A stretch of DNA of 62,660 nt, counting the filler, from Reclinomonas americana ATCC 50394 (Eukaryota): the NCBI GenBank assembly GCA_048213135.1. It is 5 parts of 2 records of this genome, joined end to end, with 100 filler letters (N's around TTAATTAATTAA, not from the genome) between each part and the next. Parts side by side here need not be neighbours in the genome. Positions count along the whole stretch, not along the records: positions 39,313 to 51,843 come from PS015066.1; positions 51,944 to 62,660 come from PS015066.1; 3 more parts are not named here. One strand, 5' to 3'. Shown in pieces: positions 49,706 through 62,660 of the stretch. The number at the start of each line of letters is the position of its first letter. Position 1 is the stretch's first letter. Both the position numbers and the translations under genes were made by a program. The notes beneath the pieces are model-generated. The model saw only the letters and a list, made by a program, of their open reading frames with translations. It was not told the origin of the DNA and ran no database searches.

Positions 49706-50672
49706 TGGGCGTGTGTGTGTCCACGTGTATGCGTTTGTGTGTGTGTGTGTGTGCGAGATTGTTTGGGGCACGTGCTCGCGAAAAAACATATTCTCTTTTT
49801 TTGTCGTATTTGGCGAGAGAGGGAAGCGGACGATGCTGGTACTGCTATAGATGGCGATGGCGAGATGGTGGCGGTGTGTCTGTCTCTGTGATGATTGCAG
49901 GTCGAGTCGTGATCGGTACACGATCGATATATCGATACGCGACATATATATATATTGAATGAGTACATGCAGGGCCTGTGCACGCAGATAAAGCGAACGG
50001 ATCGCGGCTGTGTGGTGTCGCCCCACGTCGGCCGATCACCATGGTAGGGCAGTGGAGAGCGGTGGGCTGAGAGAGGAGGACATCGAACGATCGGAGATGC
50101 CTTCCATAATCACTGGTTCAACGCGCGGCGGCAGCGGGCGATCGTTGCGCGTGCAGGCGCGAGAGGCTGAGCAAGTCGATTGTCTCTGCCACCACACTCT
50201 TTGGAGGAGTCTGCGGCCGACGGACACGTGCATTGGTCCGGATTTGTCAGAGGAGATGGCGCCTTGCTTCCGCACTTGCCTGCAGCAACCAGCTGCTGTG
50301 GTGCTGCGGTGTTATTCAGTGTCACTCACCACTCGGCTGCCTCCATCTCGCTCCTCCTCCACCGCACACGGCAACGCCAACTGAAATCTCACTCAGTTCG
50401 CCTTCCCGCCCTCACCGACGCCAACCCCACCAACATGTAGTGCCTCGCTGTGGAAGCCACTTCTTGCAACCTCAGCTCGCTCCAGATCCACTCCCATGAG
50501 CAGCTGTGAGCTCTCACACCACGCGAGCCTCTCCACTCACCTCCAGGATTTGCATGACGCGTGGATCGTCACCGCTGCGCCAGCTACTGCACCTGCTTGT
50601 GGAACCTCACCATCGCTGTCGCCTCATAGTTGCTGCGACCGTGTCACAAACGCTTGTGCAGTGTACATTTGC

Positions 50673-51757
50673 TTACTTTACCACCGCAGTCACTCGTCCC
50701 ATGTGCGCGCGACGAATGGAGGTGCGCGAGCGCTTGCGCGCCGTGGCCATCACCGCCGCCGCCGTGTCATCCAAATCTGCCGTGTCGACATTGTCGGAGC
50801 CGAGGGCGCCGCCCACCGCTGAGCAGGCGGACGAGGAGAGACGCTTGCGGCGCCAGCGCGCCAACTCAGCACTGGACTTTTGCGCGGTGCGGAACAGGCG
50901 CTGCTCGATGCGCGTCAACTTGGCCAGCGCCGCCGACTCGGCCTCCGTGTGACCCGTAGTCATGCGCGACATGGAGCAGCCGCCAGCGCGCAACCCCGAT
51001 GTGTGGAACGTGTCGAGAATGCGACGGAAGCGCTCGATGAACAGCGGCAACAGCATTCGCCTCATCTCCCCATCGCCAGTGCTGTGCATGCGCGATCAGC
51101 ACGTGCGCTCATGGTGTGGGGCGACTCGCTGCAGTAACAGACGCAACAGATTCGCCACGCGGGCGCCCATCTCGAAAAAGTGCGGGTTGGACTGGTTGAG
51201 ATTGTAGAAGGCCGGGTCGGCCTCCAACCCGCGCAAGTACCGCGGTCGAAGATACGCCGGCACATCCACGTCGACATAGCCACGGCGACACACTGCGCTG
51301 ACCAGCCAGAACGGCATGTCAACTCGCGCGCCCTCTCGCAACTGTGAGTGAGATCAGTTGGCCCCAAATCGTCATGACATTGCGCGCCAAAACACACAAA
51401 ACAATCATGCGAGACGGTGAGCGACACGCAACGTCCTTGTCTTCCTCCTCCTCCTCGTCTTCGTCTTCGTCCTCCTCCTCATCATCATCGTCCATGTTGT
51501 CTCCCGCCTCTGCTCTTCTCCTCATCCTCTCCTCCTTCCTCTGCAGTTGCTTCTCATCCTCGCGGTATGAGGTGTCCAGGAAGCCCAACTCAAACGACGC
51601 AGTGCGCCACACCACACTCAGTTTCTGTGTGTGAGAGAGTGAGAGAGGCAAGAGTGAGTGAGGGTGAGAGGCAACAGAGAGTGACAGTGAGAGTGCACGG
51701 CATGCAGACCTCCTCCTCAGCCAACAGCTGATCCAAGTCATAGTACTGTCCCTCCAT
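50673..51757 (-). CDS. GINS3: GINS complex subunit Psf3 with acidic insert
   Basis: MEGQYYDLDQLLAEEE, LGFLD, G.RVDMPFWL, LEADP..YNL....PHFFEMG, FIERFRRI and KLTRIEQRLF motifs. Confidence 0.88.
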
Positions 51758-51843
51758 GAATGATGATGATTGTTGCGCAAAGAGTGTTGTCTCTGTTCGT
51801 TATCGACTGAGGGTTTGCTTGGCAGAAGGCGCGCGCGGCCGGT

Positions 51844-51943
51844 NNNNNNNNNNNNNNNNNNNNNNNNNNNNNNNNNNNNNNNNNNNNTTAATTAATTAAN
51901 NNNNNNNNNNNNNNNNNNNNNNNNNNNNNNNNNNNNNNNNNNN
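51844..51943. other. Artificial contig linker
   Basis: 44N-TTAATTAATTAA-44N. Confidence 0.95.
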
Positions 51944-52143
51944 AATGCGAGAGGGGGAATGCGAGAGGGGGAATGCGAGAGGGGGAGAGCGAGAGCGAGA
52001 GGGGGAGAAAGAGCGAGAGGGGGAGAGCGAGAGGGGGAGAGCGAGAGGGGGAGCGAGAGGGCGAGAGGGGAGAGCGAGAGAGGAGAAGGGGGAGAAGAGA
52101 GCGATCGGTCGGGAAATCACAGCCTGCTGAATTCGTACGCAAC

Positions 52144-55251
<3,108 letters not shown>

Positions 55252-55494
55252 GATATGCGAGGGTGTGTCTTGCGCGGACGCGATGAGGTGGAGGAGAGGA
55301 AAGAGATTCGCGAGGCACGCGTTCGTTTTTTTGAGGTGGCAGTTTTTGCTCAATTTTAGCGCACTTACTGTATCGGGCGCTGATTGGCGGTGACTGTGTC
55401 GCGCGCGCGCAGAAACGGAGGAGGGAGGTAGGGCAGTGGATAGGCTGTTGTGTGTTCTGCAAGGAACGAGTGGTTGAGAAGTGATGAATGAGAG

Positions 55495-55935
55495 CGGCAG
55501 TTTCCAGATCGAGAAACGGTTTTCATGTATGTCTTCGTCTCCTTCTGGTGTTCTTTGTCTTGCCATCTAAGTATCTCGTCTTTTGCCTCTGCGGCAGCGT
55601 GCCGCCATTCTCTCTCTCATTGCGACAGTTTCCAGATTGTGAACCCGTTTTTGCTGTGACTCCCCGTTGTTTGTGGTTTCCTCTTCGCCTACTCTTCCTT
55701 GGCTTGCATTCTATCGATCTCGTCTCTGCCACTGCGGCAGCGTGCCGCCATTCTCTCTCGTTGTGACAGGTTCCAGATTGTGAACCCCGTTTTGCTGTGG
55801 GAAGAAACGTAGCACGCAGACTCCCCGTTGCTTGTGGTATCCTCTCCTTCTGTTGTTCTTTGGCTTGCCCTCTGTCCTTCCCGTCTTTTCCACTGCGACA
55901 GCATGCCACCATTCTGTTTCATTGCGACAGTTTCC
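55495..55935. repeat. Degenerate tandem repeat, ~145-160-bp unit, ~3 copies, upstream of the PDE gene
   Basis: ctgcggcagcgtgccgccattctctctc..tg.gacag.ttccagattgtgaaccc recurs at ~55589 and ~55732, and partially at ~55893. Confidence 0.85.
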
Positions 55936-56816
55936 TTATCGCGAAATCGCGATAGTTTAGCGGGGCACGTTCCTGTTTTTTGTGCCTTCCTCTCCTTCTG
56001 CTCATCATTATTGTCTTGCCTTCTATCGATCTCCTTGTTAACCTCTCTCCTTCATGACTTCGTTCTCGACGTACATGACACTGAAGTTCAGTCTACTGTA
56101 AAGTGATCTCGCGGAAACGGCGAGCACGGTGAGTGGGATTGCGGGTTGATTGTGTGCAGAGTGTGGTGTTTGTATGTGTAAACGACACGCGTGTGCATGT
56201 GTGCACATCGATGGGGGGCGTGTTGTGTGAGGTTCTATTCCGCGCCCCCCCACATGGTGTTGAGTGAGAGTGGTTGATAGTGTGGTTGGAGCTTGTATCG
56301 CTCTCCATACTATGCACGTGATGGGTGCAGCGGTACGCTGTGAGTGAGGTTGCAGCGGTGTAGGTTGGGCGGTGTAGATGGTGTTTTCAATGCTCTCCAC
56401 TTGTTGAGAGGTCGCACAGTATGTACAAGTAGGTGTTTTCCTCGCTCTGCATACTGTACACGAGATGAATGTAGTACGCGTTTAGTGACAGTGCACTTGC
56501 TTTCCGTGCAGAGCAGTACGAGCTGAGTGAGGTTGCGCTCGTTTGGTTGGAGGCTGCGCTCCTGCTGCTCTCGCTCCCCGTATCCACTCGATGTCTGTTG
56601 TTGTACGTGTGTAGCAAGTGCCCTATATGCTGTACACATGCACGCACGTTCTCCGCACACAGGCGAAGGATGCTGTGCCCGTGAAGTCTACACACACCAC
56701 GTGTGTAGTACGTGTTGTGCCAGTTTTACATCTGCACGTACGTGTGAAGGATGCACGTAGTTCGTGTTGAGTGAGTTGGCAGCGCTGTCACCGCCCACAC
56801 TCATTCCGTTCCAGAG

Positions 56817-57407
56817 ATGTCTGTCGCTGCTCGTCTGCGCCTCTTCTCCCGCGACGCCTCCTTTGCTCGGCGCATGGGCGATCTCCTCCCAGGATCGGCG
56901 TTGAGCGTGGAGGCCATGAAGGAAGTGTTTCGCTCGGGTGCCTATGGTGCGCACGAATCGATCGCGAGTCAGGGGACTGCATCCAAATTGAGTGGAGACA
57001 GCTGTGAGTCGACCGTCGCTGGCGACAGCGCCGACACGACGACAGTCGACAACCAGTCGCATCGGAGCAGGACGCCAGGCGAGAGAACCAGTGGCGATGG
57101 CTTGGAGAAGAATGGAGAGGAGTGAGCTGCTTGTCAACATCCTCGACCCAGTGACCGTAAAACTCGATCGCCTGATGCTTGCAAGAACAGTTAGTAGATC
57201 ACGTTTCGCGTGCGGAACTACACAATCGGTGTCCCGAACGTGAGAATGTCAGGCTCTCTAACGAGAGCTTCTGCACTTCTCTTCCCCACTCGCGGCGCGC
57301 GCTCTTCTCACCACACCCGCATGCATTCGCCTCATCAGGACATTTTCACTGATGTGGCACAACTGAACGCGGCATTGGGGGAAGGCACAGAGACAAAGAG
57401 AAAGTAG
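56817..57407 (+). CDS. Possible small hypothetical gene
   Basis: Coding-like ORF from ATG 56817; exon structure unresolved. Confidence 0.25.
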
Positions 57408-57450
57408 AAAAAACAAGGGTGAAAAAACACGACAATCCTCGATGAACAGG

Positions 57451-60400
57451 TCAACGCTTCTTGCTGCCAGTGCGCGGCTGCTTCTTCGAGGGTTCATCGG
57501 CAGCAGGCGAGTCTGAAAATGAAACGCGGCGACTGCCAGACGGTGAGGAGGACGAGCCGGCAGCCGCAGAGGAGGGCGATACGGAGTGGTGACGCTTGCG
57601 CTCCGCGCGAGGAACCGACACTGCGTCGACGAGCAATACTGTCAGCGTGCACCGGTACCCGCTGGCCATCATGAGACAAGTGCACTCACCTCCGGGAGAC
57701 AGCACGTCGATCTCCATACCATTGCTCGGCCTCTCAATGCGTTGGAAAACAAGCGGCACCAGCACCAGCCGCTGGTGTCCATCACGGGAGGTAAAGCGAG
57801 CAAACGTCACCATGAACATGTGCGAGTCGGAGAGCGCTCGTTTGTGCAAACGGCTCGACAGCTCCTTCGGTGGACGCTCCGGTCCCTCGCCTTCGTCTCG
57901 GTGGTGACGAGGGAACAACACAAACTGGAATGCGCCACGGGCGCCACCCGCAGCCCGCTGAGGAACGATGACACGAATCTACGGCCAACAGAAGACGACG
58001 ATGAGAGATTGTCGCACGCAACGATGCTGATGACATGCGTTCACCGGTGTGCGCAGCACATAGGCCAAGTGCTCCAGAACAATGCCATCTCCAGGAGTCT
58101 CCAGCTGCGCAGATGTCAACATCGCAACAACCGAACAGTGAGATGAAATGAAGCAACATCAACAAATCACACCGGACCAGCTGCACTCGCCTTCTCCATG
58201 TTGGTAAGGTACTCATTCATGTCTTGAATGTCATACCGCCACTGGAAGTATTCTTGTGCTTCAGCAGATCGATACCACAGCCGAATTTTCTCACACAATA
58301 GACTGCGCCACTCTGCACTGTGACGCGTACCGGCCTGCGACAGTGTATGTTAGAGCGAGAATGCGCACAGCGGTCAGATCAGAACAGCGCAGAGTCACCT
58401 CCATGCCCACAAGGAAACCGATGCTTTCGAACAAGGCGCAGTCTCCTTGCCTTCCAAGCCACTCCACGAAGGCTGGACTCGGAATCAGTCGCAACGAGCG
58501 CTTGCTCTCACTGGTGATACCATTGGCAATGAGTTCCTCCCATGCCAGGTACCTGCATTCAACATGTGAGTAACCAGTGACACCTTCGAGTTGCTTGAAA
58601 ACCTGTAAATACCTCTCGTATTCGGCGCATTGTGGCGACACATCAAGAAGGTCCTCGTCGTATGGGCAGTGTCGTAGGTCCGTGAATGTTTTTGTTCGCA
58701 GACGATGGCAGTCCAATCCCTTCAAATCAACTGTGCACCATCGATATCGAGAACAAGTACTTAAGTTATCGCCACATGTTGCGCTCACGAAAAATACTGA
58801 GCTGCTGGCACGCAACATCGGAGTCCGAATTTGAAAGACGACTGCAGCAGCTCCTTGCACAGCTCCTGATGGTTGATTGGATCGACATCCTCCAGCCGGA
58901 GGGAGCTTGCCCATTCACGCGCCGTTTCGCAGGCTCGAATCAACTCAACAAGCTGGCAGTGGCCGCCTGCAGGAACCCCAGGGCCAACTCGAGAATGCGA
59001 CAAAGCGTCCACAAAGGTGTTGACCAACGCACCAAAGAGTGCAAACATGACCTTTTTACCGGGCGCGCCGGGATGGAAGCGGGCAAGCCAATTATTTTGG
59101 GTGCGTTTGATTTCGTCATTGACAAGCACACCAAACACTTCGACACAGAGGGCGAGAGTGTCGGCCAACTGGGACTCGTCCAACTCCCCGACTTTGCGAG
59201 TGAGGTCACGCAGTCTCTGCACCAATAACCAGCCGTGAGAAACATTCGCGTGATGCTCTGGCAATCTAAACGACTGTTGGACAGAACATGCACGATAACG
59301 CACCTCTGGTCTCACGCGCATAAGCTCTCGCAAAGGCTGCAAAGCAGAAAACAGGAAGCCAAGGACACAAGCAGTCTTCAGGTTCGTGTTCTTCCCGATC
59401 CAATGCGTAAGATAGAAATTGTCCTTGATGTGCTGCATCAACACGGGGTGGACAGACTACGAAGCATGTTGCACAACTTAGTCGCAACAACAAATAACAA
59501 GTCGCACTCCTTGTTGCTCGGTCAACGAACCCGCATCAGCATTGGCAGCTGCGCCTCCACATAGGACCACTCAGGAAGGTCTTCGCAGTGTTCACGCAGG
59601 AGCCCCTCGAGGCAAGGGAAAGCGAGCTCGTGAAACTTCTGAGTGGCCATCTCGATAAACCGATGCCGCAAAGGTGGAATGTCGGTCACAGATTTGCGGA
59701 AGTACCGCCACAACTTTTCCCCCGGACACGAAGAGTTCAGCGTATGTTTCAAAATCGTAACCGTGACATTGACAGTTCAAACCTTGGTATCCTTTAACTT
59801 GCCAGGCTGTGAACACATGAATTCTTTTTGCAACTCAGCAGGAGACATGGTTGCCCAAGCCTCAAGCAGAGACCGGACAACTTCTGCGCTTGTAACAATA
59901 GCTCGCAGTTTCTGAGGATAAGGTAAGCACGCAGATTCTATTTTCTAGTCCGCTGCTGATGAAGCACACCTCAATCTCTTGATCCACCAGCGTGCGGGCG
60001 TACTGGGTGACAAGAGCCTCAAACGGCTCAAGCACCTGAAAATGTACTGTCAGTAGACAATTCAACGTGTTGCAGCTCGCACAATTGCCACACCTGAGTC
60101 ACAATAGCACTACACACCGCAGCACTGACGTTAATCCCGCCAATTTTCGAACTCAAATGCCATTTTGTCTTGGAAAGTGCATCCAAGAATTTGCCTCTCT
60201 TGCCCTTGTCGTCGGCAGACTAAACAAGTGACGTCACAAAGTTAGTTATGCACACTGAACACGGTTTTTGGAGAGACTTACTGTCTGCTGCTTGTGCTCC
60301 TCGTTCAGTTGCCTGGCAATGTGCTCCACACCGGCGATCTCAGCAGCAAACTGTGGAATGACTCCGAGTACATCATTCTTGTCGGCAAATGCAGCAATGA

Positions 60401-62660
60401 TGCCCATCAGGAGCAACATATCCGTTTTCTCCAAGGCGGCATCTTGATCCTCAAAACAAAAGTCGTGGCAGAAAGACTTCAGCTCGGCAGTGCTGCATTA
60501 TACCGAAGAACAACGGATCAGTGTCCGGTAGAATGAATGACACACTACAGATCTCTACAGACACACAACATATTACCTCGTGGCCATCAGCGAGACAGCC
60601 AATGTGGGGAATACCGTCAGGTAAAATACTCCCTTCTCAGCTCCTTTCAGCAGTTCGGCCTTTGACTTCCCGGGATACTGCTGAGAATAATGATGTGATT
60701 TTGCGACGTGGGTCCCAAGCACACCAAGCTTCTGCCCTTTGCGGAAAAAGGCCTCGGTTGTGTCCTGCACAATGGCGACTCGGTTATCGATAGCATGGCA
60801 ACGAGCAGCAACACGTGCACATGCCATTCGGTACGCACTTTTTCAAACTCGCCGCATCTACTCTGTATGAGTTCTTGAGTTAGCACCCGTGCGCCAATAC
60901 GATCCTGCGCGCAGCAAGGACAACTGTTAAGTCGCCGACAGCCAGTGAGGCCGGCAGACTTGCACACATCACCCGCAAAGCAAACAGCAACTTCTTGAGT
61001 CATATCTTTTTCCACAGACTGCACGAATATCACCTGCGCTGTGCCCTCCACGACTTGGTCAAGGAGTGCCCCTGCGAGAGGATCGCATATGGCGTGAGAT
61101 AACAATGTCGTGGCGAATATTTACCAGTCAGTGTTTCGTACCATTCTCCTCCAGCGCTCTCTTCACAGCGTCAGCAGCACCCAACGACTTGGCAGTGAGC
61201 GCTATGACAATCTTACGATTGGAGCTGTTGAGAGCAGTGCGCCGTTGGTACGCGCGCAGAATGTCAGGGTCCTCAGTGCCTAGGAAACATTGTCGACGTC
61301 AGCCAGATTCATCTGCTCTTCGGACGCCAGCAACGTTAACAGCAAAAAAAAAACAACAAACCGGCAGTGTCGACCAACACAATCGGGCGCTGAAGCAGAA
61401 CACTCGGCACGAACAGCACCACGCGGCTCAGCATCACCGACTGTATCGATTGAGGGTACGATCAATGCGAGAATTACAAGTGCTGTCTATTCACACATCA
61501 TCCAAGGCACAACGTACCCGCGCTCGCAGTTCAGGGTCGTCGTCAAAATTAGCCACAGTGGAAGAGAGCAGCTCACGAATCCACACGCGATCGGCGACAA
61601 TATCACCACTGCCACGGTAGACAAGAGTGCGATTGGATAACTGAGAAGCGCAAAGACAGACGTCAGAGTGAGTAACAGCAGCGATCCGATAATGTGATCA
61701 GCACCACAGACACACCTGAGAGACGACGGGTAAAAGCTTTTCGTTGAGATGCACCATGTCGGCGGAGAGCAGTTCCTTGAGTTTCTCATTGCGTACTCCC
61801 GGGCGCTCGAATAGTTCGTCTTCCGACACCAATGAATCGACGCAATCAGGGCGCAAGAGCTGCAGAAGTAATCAGTAGTCCACAAGCTTGTACGCACCAA
61901 ACGAAAGTAGAGTCTAGAACACACCGCCGCAAAGCGCTCGAGAGCACTCTCAACCACATCATCGTTATCGCTGCATGAGTCTTGCTCCAGCTCCTTTTTC
62001 AGCTCGGAAATGGGAAAGCACTGCACCAGCAGCTCGTACGCCTGGCTGAACATGATCCACGTGTTGACCGAGGTTGTGGCTCTCGCAGCACTGCTTTCCG
62101 TAAGAATCGCAATTCACACGCTAGATGCACGTCGAGAAAACGTACCGCGTGCTCGGGCATATGTAGCTGTACGGTTCCGCCCCGGCACCGATACCAGGCA
62201 TCCGGCCCGTCAGCGTGCACTGCAGCATTTCGCTAACATTCTTCTGCTCCTTGGCAAGAAAAGGACCCGTGATCACTTGCTCGGCAGCACTGTTAGCTGC
62301 CTTGTCACCTTTGCCACTCTGTATAAAGTCAGAAAACAACGAGGCCGACGACATGTTCTCTTCGGCACACGAATATGCACGCAACTATCGCGTCATTCAA
62401 AGTGAGCAACTGGACATGCAGGGGACATTCAGCAGCCAGTGGTCGACCATTCGATACAACTGAGTCAGTGCCAAAGGTCGGAGTAGTGCTGTGACACTCG
62501 CGGTACTCGAGCGCATTGATTTCCTGCGTGCAGCACGGTATGACCAAGATAATCGATTGGTCAAACACAAGCAACTGGTAACGCACTGTCATGCACACAA
62601 GCGAGTTGATGAACGTGGTTTTTCCAACGCCAGTGTTGCCAAGCAAAATAACTTGCAGAA
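57451..62660 (-). CDS. Very large multi-exon protein with divergent P-loop GTPase-like N-terminal region (5' end lies outside the window)
   Basis: G1 VILLGNTGVGKTTFINSL and G2-like STTPTFG, followed by ~5 kb of successive minus-strand coding-like exons. It could be more than one gene. Confidence 0.55.

Noticed and set aside
49850-50660. Possible small plus-strand spliced gene between CerS copy 2 and GINS3
   Set aside because: Some coding-like stretches and donor-like motifs are present, but I could not build a consistent model.
18487-51899. Four identical TTAATTAATTAA palindromes
   Set aside because: Each is centred in 44+44 Ns. This is a six-frame-stop assembly linker, not biology.

Overview
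This is gene-dense, intron-rich, microsatellite-rich eukaryotic DNA, most likely from a protist (taxon not determinable). It is assembled as five pieces joined by artificial 100-nt linkers (44N-TTAATTAATTAA-44N), with many internal N gaps and at least one mis-oriented scaffold fragment. Recognisable genes: cytochrome b5-domain protein, EF-hand protein, WD40 protein, a secreted CCXG-like x2/EGF/SUEL-lectin protein, WAPL, a Tweety-like protein, patatin, an APH/EcKinase-like kinase, a P-loop NTPase beside a decayed kinase, an ARM-repeat protein, a Mak21/CEBPZ C-terminus, RPL9, RTCB, CDC123, NUP107, two tandem ceramide synthases, GINS3, a cyclic-nucleotide PDE and a very large divergent GTPase-like gene. 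The most striking signal is in the introns. More than 20 hand-placed GT-AG introns start GTTGCG, GTTTCG or GTTGTG, so the conserved G sits at +6 instead of +5. These donors occur only after exons that do NOT end in G, whereas most exons ending in G use ordinary GTRCG/GTGAG donors. This points to a major second, register-shifted 5' splice-site class. All gene models were built by hand from reading frame and remembered protein motifs, and no searches were run.
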